NCBI GenBank assembly: GCA_023136775.1
Contig: JAGLQO010000018.1
Location: 20,452-84,451, forward strand
Length of the DNA stretch: 64,000 nt
Direction of reading: 5' to 3'
Source of the DNA: Candidatus Pacearchaeota archaeon
Lineage (GTDB): Archaea > Nanobdellota > Nanobdellia > Pacearchaeales > GW2011-AR1
The position numbers and the translations under genes were made by a program. Shown one piece after another: positions 1-8,391 of the stretch. Below the pieces are notes generated by a model. That model was not told the origin of the DNA and searched no databases. It saw nothing but the letters and a program-made list of their open reading frames with translations. Every line of letters starts with the position of its first letter. The first letter of the stretch is position 1.

Positions 1-3000
1 CTACTGGGGCTGTTGTATCAACATAAAATGTTTGATTTATTGTAGATGTAACTAAATTTGCATTATCAATACATGACACCGACCAATTATATTCTCCGTC
101 TAAAACACCTACTATACTAAAATCGAGTGATGCTCCTTGAATTATTGGTGTCGAATTTGTCTGATTGTATATCCCATTTATGTAAAGTGAACAATTTTCT
201 ATTTGATCATTGTCTGTGACATTGTATTCTAAATCTACACTACTAGAATCAAACCATGTTAAATCCGCAGTCAAAAGCTCTACTGTTGGTGGGGTGTCAG
301 ATACCGTGAAATTTCTTGTCTCACTAAAATTTAAATTTCCTGCATTGTCTTGACATGATATATTCCATAAGTGGTCTCCTAATCCCACTGTTTTTGTTAA
401 GTTTGTATAGCTTGAATTTATTGCCGAAAATCCTGTTTCGATTATTGCACCGTCCAATATTAAATCGCAAGTTAAATTTGAATCTAAGTTGTCTAGTGCT
501 GTGAAGTTAAAATTGACCGAAACCGAACCTAAAGATTCGTCAACTATTGGGTTATGTAAAATCATTTGTGGTAATATTGTGTCTATTGTGAATGTCCTTG
601 CTGTGGCGTCAGTTGCTGTTTCTCCTAATGTATCCGTTGTATTAACGGTCCAATTATAATTTCCGTCTAGTAGGGAAATTGTAAAATTATTTATTTGATT
701 ATTTATAATTATTGAAGCATTGGTCATGTTTTCTTGACCATTTAAAATTAATGTTGTATTGGCTATGTTATTATTTTCGTCGGACGCATTGTAAAATAAA
801 GTTACTTGACTCGTGTTGAATATATATGTGTCAACTGGATTTGTTAAATATATGTTCGGTGGCATATTTGAATCTTCAACTTCGATGTTTTGGGTGGTTG
901 TCCCTGTTGCACTCGAATACGTTGAAGTTGCGATACATCTTATGTCATTGAACGATGCGGCATTTCCCCTAAGTGTAAAATTTGTCTGGACTGCCGAGGA
1001 CACAGAACCGAGCGAATGCGGATTTGTTTCTCCTGTATTTAAAATCAAACTGCCTGATGAACCTATGTTTAGCCAATCGGTTCCGTTGTACCTTTGTATA
1101 TATGCGTTTGTATTTGGGCAATTTCCGACTGAACATGAAGCTTCACAGGTTACGTTTGTTGTGGATTCACGCGCAATACTAACGTTAGATGTTGGATAAA
1201 CTAGGTCTGTACTTAACGCACCTAAAACCGTGAAGGTCATAAGATTTACGTAAGCCCATCTGTCATCGTCCCATGTATGTGTAAAATCCAATGTAGATGT
1301 ATCTGAATTATAAACATTCAAAACCATTTTAATTCGGTCAGACTTTTTTAGAACTAAATCATATGCTGGGGAATTGCAAGTTCCGTCCCAATTTGCCGAG
1401 AGAGAACTCATTCTTGTTCCCGATGTAAAATCGTCACCTGATTGACAAATTAAGAAATTTCCTGAACTGTTTTCCACATAAAGTTTCCACGTTAAATATC
1501 CCACATTGCTTGTTGATACCGTTGTGGGTGCACTAAAATCTATAATTGTTGAACTTGGTATTATTGCTCCACCATTTCCTAGATATGGAGTTTTTGCGAT
1601 CGTGACTGTTGTAACCGCCGAAGCTGGTAACGTCATTGACACTGTATTTTCTGTTGCATCCCTAGAGTTTGCCAAACCTATATTTGCTGCAGATGTGAAG
1701 TCAATTGTTGAAGTTTCATAAAATCTATTTCCCCAGTTATATGTTTGCGGTCCTGACACATTGAGTTGTCTGGATTCTGAACTTGAGGTTAATCCTCCGT
1801 CGTCGCTACAATTTATGTACCATATATAAATTCCGTTGTCCAAATAAACTTCAAAAAATTGCAAAGTTCCCATTGCTATTGATGTATCTGTCCAGATTAT
1901 TTCTTCGTTTGCTATTAAAGAACATGAATCCACTCCTGAATTGTCTGTTGCATTATAGGAAAAATATAATGTGTTTGTCGTGTTTGTCGTTTGGTTCGCG
2001 GGACTAATGGAAGTTACTGTTGGAGGACTTGTGTCTATATCAAATACTACGTTATTTGATTCGTACATTGTCCCTAGCGTGTCGTTGCAATAAAATGTCA
2101 TATTGTGGGTCGTTGAAGAAAGTCCTATTTGAGTATAATAAAAGTAAGTTGAATTAAGGCTCGTCATTGTTACATTAGCTGCTCCATCTAAAGAATATGC
2201 ACACCAGCTTCCAGCGTCAGTTAGTGTTACATTGAAGTCAATTGTTGTTGTTGAATATGTTTGAGCTTTTGGGGAAATAATTGATAAAAAATCTACTGGA
2301 GCTTCACCTAATGCTATTACAAACCAATTTGTATTTTGAGTCTGACTACCTGTTCCCTTTTGAAATTGAATTGTAGTTGTATTCAATATTTTATTTGTTG
2401 TAAATGCATTAGCAAATGTTGTTCCTCCACCTGTACTTGTATGAGACTCTAAGGAAAATGATTTATTCAATTCTATTTGATTTATGTTAGCGTTAACTGC
2501 GGTTGCTCCCGCTACTGATGTTAATCCACTTTGAGTTGTAAATCTATTATTTTCTACAACAAACCATGATATTCCATGAGTTGCTGAACCCGTATTTTTG
2601 TAAAACTCTATGTTATCTGAGTCTGTAAAGTACCCTCGGATAAATGTTTCTTGAAGACTTGTTTGTCCTGCAATTTGACTAGAAAATGTCAGAAAACTTC
2701 TTGAAGTGTTAACCGTGTTTGTCAATGCTTGAGGAGAGGTCACTCCTGTACCAGATAAAAATCCCGACTGAATTTTAGAATCGTCCCACTCTATTGCTTG
2801 CCAATGAAATTCTCCAGTAGTTCCAGTTGTCCCTCTTGACATAGCAATCTGCGTTGCACTATTAAATTTACTCGACCAAAATCCCTGGACATTTTGACTA
2901 GTAGTTCCAGAATTTAATCTATTTGATATTGTTGCAAAACTTTCTGTTAAATTAATTTGTCTTATTGATGTCGTATCTGAAGAATCACCCGTTGAATATT

Positions 3001-6000
3001 CATTGCTTCCTCTTTGAACATATAAGTCTTGGCTTTCCACTACCGTCCATTCTATGTAGACATCTCCAGTGGATGAATACCTCCTGAAATTTATTTTATC
3101 TTCCATTAATTCTCCTAAAATTTGAATTTGATTAGGTCCACTTGATGCACTTCTAAAAGAGAAAAGTAAAAATGCTTTTGACAAATCTTGTGTTGGAAAT
3201 GTTATATTTACTTCACTGCTTCCGTCGGGCAAAATAGTCGTTCCCCTACTTACGTTTTCTGTTGTTCCTATATCAATTGAAAAAGAAACTGAATCAGAAC
3301 TAGCGGGTCCCACAATTCCTCCACAATAATAATCCACGTCATAATCTCCTTCTCTGAGGTATTTTTTATATGCGCTAAAATAAGTTGAATTAATTTGGGT
3401 CATTGATACGTTAGTTGCGCCATTAAGAGAATAACTACACCACGAAACTGGCTTGCTAGTATTAACTATAAAATTTAAATTACTGGTGTTGTATGTTTGT
3501 GCGAGTGGTTGGATTGCATTAATAATTAGAGGGGCTGAATCCACTGAGAAAAAATATTGTTCACTTGAATATTCTCCACCGTAAGTATTGTTACAATAAA
3601 ATGTCACATTGTGAGTTGTGTCAGATAATCCTGACTGACTATAATCAAAATTCTTACTGGTTACTTCATCCATTGTCGTATTGGCTGCTCCGTCCAAAGA
3701 AAACCAACAAGAATCTGAATCTATTAACGTCGAGACTTCAAAATTTACCGTTGAGCTACCATAAATTGTATTATTGATTGGGGCATCTACCTCCATCATA
3801 TTTAATATTTTTTCAGAATATAAAAAACCCGTACTTGAATTGAAAAATAAAAGCTCATAAGGTTCTGGTGTATGTTGCTGCTCTTCATCTCCGAATTGAT
3901 CTTCGTCAGAAAGTAAATATACAATATTAGAAGGAGCTGAATAATGGACTGTTGGAAAAACTCCATTAGTTCCGTCTACCCTTATTCCTGAGCCTAATGC
4001 GATACCCCCCTCATAGGACTGTGATAATGTTACAAAATAATTACTCATTGGATATGGGTCATTTTGTGAACCCGCAACATTATCATTTTCCCAGTAGGCC
4101 TCCCATGAATATCCCGTTACCCCATCTCCTGATGTCCCCGTATTGTCTCTGGTTTCTGAATTTGACCAGTCTGAATCCATCTCCCATGCGATATAACCAC
4201 CTTCCTCATTTTGAGTATGCAACTCACATGGTCTAATTTCTTCATCATTTTCCATCCCATTAAGACCAATTTCAATACAAGTCGTGTTCCATGTGTCTGA
4301 GTTTGTATTGGTACAGCCTCGAAGATATTGTGAAATTGGGTCTACGTCATTTGCTGTTTGAACTGCTGCTAAAACTAGAGGTTGAAAATCCCATGAATTT
4401 TGAAAAGGTCTGTGGTTGGCTGCATAAGTCCAATCAACTGGATTTGCACCACTACCACAGGCATCAACGTCCATTGTGAAATTTACAACCTCTACTTCCC
4501 TAACTGGAGTTCCTGCGTTGGAAACATTGTGAATTCCTTTTTCCATTGCTAACCAATATCCATTTATTCCTGTTGATGGGCAAGATGCGGCTTCGCTCCA
4601 CGAATCTGTTCTAATTTGAAACCCGTCTTTTGTTATTGCTCTAACTCTTGTGGTACAGGGGTTATCATCGTAATCATAACCATAATCTATTTGATGAACT
4701 ACCACTGGAACTTCTCTGAAAGAATGCTGAAAAGATACTGTGTTCCATGTAGCTGTTGGAATATCTTCTACAACTCCCCATTCCCCTATTGATTCATATT
4801 GAGTGGTGTCGACCAAAAATGTTGTATTTGAAGAATTGTATAGTCCAAATGTATCGTTGCAATAAATTTCTAAGCTGTACTCTCCTCCGCTTAATGATTT
4901 TATGTCTGAAAAAAATGTATCGTTAATTTTTGTCATTGTTACGTTTGCCGCACCGTCTAAAGAATATCCACACCAATCTGTTATTTTGTTTGTTGTTACG
5001 TTTATATAGATATTTGAAGTAGAATATGATTGCGGTGTTGGGGACACTATGTTTACCTCAATTGGAATTCCTGGATCAATAACCGATAGGCTAGAACTGT
5101 TCACCCATGTGCTATAATCTATTCCGTCATATCCTCTCATTGAACATGTCCAGTTGTCGCCATTAGTTGTGTTGGAACTTAGTAGTATCGCATTAAAGAA
5201 TGTGCCGTTTAAATATGAATTGTTGTAATCTATCGATAAATTTAGTACTTCATTTTTATACCACCTAATGGAGACGTTTATCGAATCTCCGTCTGGGTCG
5301 TGAAGTGTATCAAAGCAGTTTAAATCTTGTGTCTCTTTATTCGTCCCATCTGTTGAATTTATTTGAGGAGTTGGAATTGGAGGCATGTTAATAAAAATTT
5401 CTTTCTTAATTTCAAAACAATCTATATAGAAATCCTCTTGATTTGAATTTGCTTCTGTTGCGAAACGAACTGCAAAGTCTGATTGTAGTTCTGCTCCTGA
5501 AATTATACGTTCATAGTAAGTCCAATCACTTCCTGTACAAGCTCCTAAATCATAGGAGAATACGTCGTTGTGCCATGCTCCAGAATAATATTCATCATAA
5601 GAGAAATAGTCGTTTGCATCAAAACTTGAATCACATCTCCAGTAAAAACTTATATTCGCAGATTTTGCTCCGCTTAAATTAACTAATCCTGCATCCATTG
5701 TTATGTATTGTGTGGCGGATGCTGTACCATCTACGTGTGCAGCTGCACTGCCACAAATTTCTGCAGACTGAGTATTTCTATCCCATGCGTTTGTGTCTCT
5801 TGACCAATTTCCTGCAGCGTCATAATAATAAGGGCTTGTGCTTTCAAAACTATCGTAAAAAATCGAGCTATTAAACCAGGGATCTATTATTAAATCAAAC
5901 ATTATTGTCCCTCCTAAAATTAGTAGGTCGAAAGTATCTTGCATCGATTGTAAATTTGTTAGGAATATTTGATATTTCTTGTTTTCGTTAATTATGCCGA

Positions 6001-7189
6001 AGTCTGCTATTTTTTCAGTTCCATTTTTCTCATAGACTTCCACTGTTGCATTTGGGTCGCTACTTTTTGCGTAGATTGTAATATCATTTTTAGAAGTAAG
6101 GAGTTTTTCAAATGTTACTCTCGCATAATGTCCAGCTGTAATTTCTTGCCATATATCATCTTTCTTCGATACTGCTTCGTAAATGTCTTCTATGACTTGC
6201 CTATTTTCATCGAGATGTTGTGCGTGTGTTATTTCAATTATTATTTCAAAAGTCTGAGTTGAAAGATGGGGGACTGTCCATTCTATTTTATCCAGTAAGG
6301 AATTGTTGTTTGTGTCGTAGGCTTTGAATGGTAAAAATTTCTTTTCTTCTTTCCAATAAACATTTATTGAAGACTCTTTTTCGAAAGGTAATTCTTCTGT
6401 AAGATTTGTAAATGCTAAAACATTTTTATAATGTAAATCTGAAGAAATTTCTACTTCCTTTATTTTCTTTGAAATTATTTTTTCTTTTTTTATTGGGGCT
6501 GGAGTAATATATTCTATATTTGTATTTTCTGGGACCTGCAAAATTGCAATAGTTTTTTTCTTTTCTTCTATAACTAAATTTGCTAAGTTATCGGCTAAAG
6601 AATTTTTTATTTTGAAGTCTATTGAGGAGTTTTTTGAAGATATTAAAATATTTGTTGATATTTCTGGGATTTTTATTTGGATATTGTTTCCTGAGGCTAT
6701 TTCTTCTTTCCATTTTACATCTTCTCCTACTTTAATTTGATTTAATATTGAATTGGTTGGTGGTGGACAGTTAGATACATTGCTTTGTGATTCGTCTACA
6801 CTTTCGTCTGGTACTTGAATTTCAATTTCTTCTAGTGGAATTTCTACTGTTTTATATTTTGGAATATCTGCTTTATCTAAAACTTTGAATTCTATTTGCT
6901 TTGACGATTCATCGCCTTTGATATCCATTATATAATCGCCAATATAATCTGGCTTGAAAATGAAATAAGTTTTATTTGATTCGTAGAGAAATGTTTGCTC
7001 TGGAGTTTGGATTGTCATTATGTAATTGCCAATTTCTCCTATATCGACTTTTACTTTTTCACCTAAGGTATAGATGTCTTCTGGTGTTGCCGAAGTCAAA
7101 AGGATGAAGAAAAGTGACGTTGTTAAAACGAGAGCTAGCACTAGTCCCAACTTCGCTGCTCCCACTTTTAACATACATCTCTTGTTCAT
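1..7189 (-). CDS. Giant secreted adhesin-like surface protein, N-terminal 2396 codons only (C-terminus beyond the left window edge)
   Basis: Absent from the ORF track because no stop lies in the window. My reverse-strand read from ATG 7189-7187 (MNKRCMLKVGAAKLGLVLALVLTTSLFF, signal/anchor helix) stays open to position 1, and no other minus-strand ORF of 60 aa or more is reported in 1..7245. The N-terminal ~450 aa align with the 3608-aa protein (YWKEEKKFLPFKAYDTNNNSLLDKIEWTVPHLSTQTFEI vs YWKEESKYLDFQAYDTNNDTFLDQIEWIVPHLSNQTFEI). Repeated (W/C)xYSLDGAANVT modules and dense N-x-S/T sequons. Confidence 0.8.
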   Translation of the reverse strand, partial: MNKRCMLKVGAAKLGLVLALVLTTSLFFILLTSATPEDIYTLGEKVKVDIGEIGNYIMTIQTPEQTFLYESNKTYFIFKPDYIGDYIMDIKGDESSKQIEFKVLDKADIPKYKTVEIPLEEIEIQVPDESVDESQSNVSNCPPPTNSILNQIKVGEDVKWKEEIASGNNIQIKIPEISTNILISSKNSSIDFKIKNSLADNLANLVIEEKKKTIAILQVPENTNIEYITPAPIKKEKIISKKIKEVEISSDLHYKNVLAFTNLTEELPFEKESSINVYWKEEKKFLPFKAYDTNNNSLLDKIEWTVPHLSTQTFEIIIEITHAQHLDENRQVIEDIYEAVSKKDDIWQEITAGHYARVTFEKLLTSKNDITIYAKSSDPNATVEVYEKNGTEKIADFGIINENKKYQIFLTNLQSMQDTFDLLILGGTIMFDLIIDPWFNSSIFYDSFESTSPYYYDAAGNWSRDTNAWDRNTQSAEICGSAAAHVDGTASATQYITMDAGLVNLSGAKSANISFYWRCDSSFDANDYFSYDEYYSGAWHNDVFSYDLGACTGSDWTYYERIISGAELQSDFAVRFATEANSNQEDFYIDCFEIKKEIFINMPPIPTPQINSTDGTNKETQDLNCFDTLHDPDGDSINVSIRWYKNEVLNLSIDYNNSYLNGTFFNAILLSSNTTNGDNWTCSMRGYDGIDYSTWVNSSSLSVIDPGIPIEVNIVSPTPQSYSTSNIYINVTTNKITDWCGYSLDGAANVTMTKINDTFFSDIKSLSGGEYSLEIYCNDTFGLYNSSNTTFLVDTTQYESIGEWGVVEDIPTATWNTVSFQHSFREVPVVVHQIDYGYDYDDNPCTTRVRAITKDGFQIRTDSWSEAASCPSTGINGYWLAMEKGIHNVSNAGTPVREVEVVNFTMDVDACGSGANPVDWTYAANHRPFQNSWDFQPLVLAAVQTANDVDPISQYLRGCTNTNSDTWNTTCIEIGLNGMENDEEIRPCELHTQNEEGGYIAWEMDSDWSNSETRDNTGTSGDGVTGYSWEAYWENDNVAGSQNDPYPMSNYFVTLSQSYEGGIALGSGIRVDGTNGVFPTVHYSAPSNIVYLLSDEDQFGDEEQQHTPEPYELLFFNSSTGFLYSEKILNMMEVDAPINNTIYGSSTVNFEVSTLIDSDSCWFSLDGAANTTMDEVTSKNFDYSQSGLSDTTHNVTFYCNNTYGGEYSSEQYFFSVDSAPLIINAIQPLAQTYNTSNLNFIVNTSKPVSWCSYSLNGATNVSMTQINSTYFSAYKKYLREGDYDVDYYCGGIVGPASSDSVSFSIDIGTTENVSRGTTILPDGSSEVNITFPTQDLSKAFLLFSFRSASSGPNQIQILGELMEDKINFRRYSSTGDVYIEWTVVESQDLYVQRGSNEYSTGDSSDTTSIRQINLTESFATISNRLNSGTTSQNVQGFWSSKFNSATQIAMSRGTTGTTGEFHWQAIEWDDSKIQSGFLSGTGVTSPQALTNTVNTSRSFLTFSSQIAGQTSLQETFIRGYFTDSDNIEFYKNTGSATHGISWFVVENNRFTTQSGLTSVAGATAVNANINQIELNKSFSLESHTSTGGGTTFANAFTTNKILNTTTIQFQKGTGSQTQNTNWFVIALGEAPVDFLSIISPKAQTYSTTTIDFNVTLTDAGSWCAYSLDGAANVTMTSLNSTYFYYTQIGLSSTTHNMTFYCNDTLGTMYESNNVVFDIDTSPPTVTSISPANQTTNTTNTLYFSYNATDNSGVDSCSLIANEEIIWTDTSIAMGTLQFFEVYLDNGIYIWYINCSDDGGLTSSSESRQLNVSGPQTYNWGNRFYETSTIDFTSAANIGLANSRDATENTVSMTLPASAVTTVTIAKTPYLGNGGAIIPSSTIIDFSAPTTVSTSNVGYLTWKLYVENSSGNFLICQSGDDFTSGTRMSSLSANWDGTCNSPAYDLVLKKSDRIKMVLNVYNSDTSTLDFTHTWDDDRWAYVNLMTFTVLGALSTDLVYPTSNVSIARESTTNVTCEASCSVGNCPNTNAYIQRYNGTDWLNIGSSGSLILNTGETNPHSLGSVSSAVQTNFTLRGNAASFNDIRCIATSTYSSATGTTTQNIEVEDSNMPPNIYLTNPVDTYIFNTSQVTLFYNASDENNNIANTTLILNGQENMTNASIIINNQINNFTISLLDGNYNWTVNTTDTLGETATDATARTFTIDTILPQMILHNPIVDESLGSVSVNFNFTALDNLDSNLTCDLILDGAIIETGFSAINSSYTNLTKTVGLGDHLWNISCQDNAGNLNFSETRNFTVSDTPPTVELLTADLTWFDSSSVDLEYNVTDNDQIENCSLYINGIYNQTNSTPIIQGASLDFSIVGVLDGEYNWSVSCIDNANLVTSTINQTFYVDTTAPV

Positions 7190-7245
7190 TTTCCCCCAAC
7201 TCTCCCGATGAATTTTTCAAGTTGATTCTGCCTAACTTGATTTTA

Positions 7246-7452
7246 TTATTTTATTTGCCAGAGGTTGATTCTGCCAACCCTGAAGCCTAATATTTTATCA
7301 TCGATTTGTAATTTTAGGCATCTTGTTTGTATTGAGTGCCAGGGTTTTTCTAGTTTTAAGGATATATCTTGTGTGGAAATAGGGTTTTGTTTTGTTTTGA
7401 TAAAAGTTAAAATTTCTTTTTTTAGCGGGTCTGTTTGTTGATTTATCACCAT
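7246..7452 (-). CDS. Small winged-helix DNA-binding protein (68 aa), upstream of and co-oriented with the giant gene
   Basis: ISTQDISLKLEKPWHSIQTRCLKLQIDDKILGFRVGRINLW fits a helix-turn-helix plus beta-wing pattern. Only 56 nt separate its stop from the ATG at 7189. Confidence 0.55.
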   Translation of the reverse strand: MVINQQTDPLKKEILTFIKTKQNPISTQDISLKLEKPWHSIQTRCLKLQIDDKILGFRVGRINLWQIK

Positions 7453-7588
7453 CTTGTTAATGTAATTTTGTGGGGATTTTTGTTTATAAATATTGTGATG
7501 TTTCGTATGATTTATGGTACGATAGATAGTGCGATTGGTCGCAGAATTTGTTGATGGATAAATGAAGATTCAAGATAGGGGAAGGAAT

Positions 7589-7824
7589 GCAAATTGGTCT
7601 CAAACGACATGATTCTGGTGAACCCGCTCGCGGATTTATAGAATTTGGTGGATTTAAGACAGGAGAAGGAAGACAATTTTTAGCTCACGGATTTACACGG
7701 ATACCTTCGGTATTCACGGATTCAAGGCAATGATTTTGGGAGTGGTTTTGAGTTTATTTGTTGGGGTGTTCTTCCATAAAAAATTGCGCCATCTTCGGAC
7801 GGCGCATTTCTTATGGAGTTTTTT
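7589..7824 (+). repeat. Composite intergenic element (modules C, B, A, then a T-run)
   Basis: C module 7589-7637 (GGTCTCAAACGACATG..CCGCTCGCGGATTT). B module 7683-7722 (GCTCACGGATTTACACGG-ATACCttcGGTAT-TCACGGATT). GGATTCAAGGCAATGATTTTGGGAGTGG linker. A hairpin 7771-7818, then T6 at 7819-7824. Confidence 0.9.
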
Positions 7825-7884
7825 ATTTGTTTGTAAAATGAATCCTATAGTTAGCTTTATTAATTTTGAAAGCTGTTTTTTATT

Positions 7885-8247
7885 ATGGCTATTGGCGGAA
7901 TTGGGCTTTTTGAAGATGTAATGCCAGAAGATTATTTGGAATTATCTAATGGGGTTATTGTGAAGAATTTGTCGGAGCTAGTGGATGCTTTGGGAAAAAT
8001 GGACAAAAATGACTTTGAACTTCATGTTACTAAATCTCGAAATGATTTTGCGGAATGGATATTAGAGGCGTATAATGACGAGAAGCTTACGAGGAAATTA
8101 TTGGGAGCTATTGATAAAGAAAAGAATTTAAGAATTTTGAAAGATGTTGTTAAGAATACTGAAAGTAAAAAAGTTAATAGGATTAATATGCCAAAAAACA
8201 AGAAAAGTATTTTGAAAAATTTGGAGGGTATTGATGGCGGGATGTAG
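7885..8247 (+). CDS. Small cytoplasmic protein made of the ~60-aa module also found at the C-termini of both HerA-like ATPases
   Basis: LELSNGVIVKNLSELVDALGKMDKNDFELHVTKSRNDFAEWILEA aligns with LTFDNGAMISSLAEIKDMLPTLDEDIFKLHVNEEKNEISDWLKEL (ATPase 1). AT-rich TATA-like stretch ~25 nt upstream. Alternative ATG at 7921. Confidence 0.6.
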   Translation: MAIGGIGLFEDVMPEDYLELSNGVIVKNLSELVDALGKMDKNDFELHVTKSRNDFAEWILEAYNDEKLTRKLLGAIDKEKNLRILKDVVKNTESKKVNRINMPKNKKSILKNLEGIDGGM

Positions 8248-8391
8248 GGTTATTGGGATAATGTCATATACGCTTCGCGGGGTAACTGGTAACAGGACGG
8301 AGGTAGCAGGTGAAACACATTGTTGCGCGATTCTTTCGCGCCTGCGCATGGAGGGCTGTTATGAGATGTAGGGTTATTGGAGTAATGTCAT
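8241..8391 (+). repeat. 27-bp direct duplication of the minD 5-prime end flanking a 97-nt GC-rich insert
   Basis: GATGTAGGGTTATTGGGATAATGTCAT (8241-8267) vs GATGTAGGGTTATTGGAGTAATGTCAT (8365-8391), 25/27 identical. The insert 8268-8364 is ~55% G+C by my count and contains the hairpin GCGCGAttcttTCGCGC. Confidence 0.85.

Noticed and set aside
813-6262. Plus-strand ORFs of 62-128 aa listed by the track (813..1199, 1506..1721, 3997..4236, 5969..6262 and others)
   Set aside because: All lie antisense to one uninterrupted minus-strand frame (1..7189). They have low-complexity or odd composition, no signals and no similarity to anything else in the window. They are shadow ORFs of the giant gene.
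7730-7921. Possible small-protein family suggested by similar peptides (FFHKKLRHLRTAHFLW / LFHKKLRHLRTPHFLWK / FFHEKL) in ORFs 7730..7921, 43868..44089, 27618..27809, 10217..10399, 57562..57771 and 60664..60870
   Set aside because: The similarity comes from translating the A/B/C repeat modules. Copies are read in different frames, some are interrupted by stops inside the hairpin, and starts are not conserved. Variation is compensatory for base pairing rather than synonymous.
8128-8349. Minus-strand ORF 8128..8349 and the extended minD start at 8310
   Set aside because: Both exist only because of the GC-rich insert. The minD homology (KGGVGKT region) begins right after ATG 8361, and the upstream extension is not MinD-like.
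8268-8364. tRNA or other small RNA gene in GC-rich patches (8268-8364, 19101-19160, 60040-60085)
   Set aside because: No cloverleaf can be drawn, there is no GTTCRANYC T-loop, and there are no acceptor-stem pairings. No rRNA-like stretch exists anywhere in the window.
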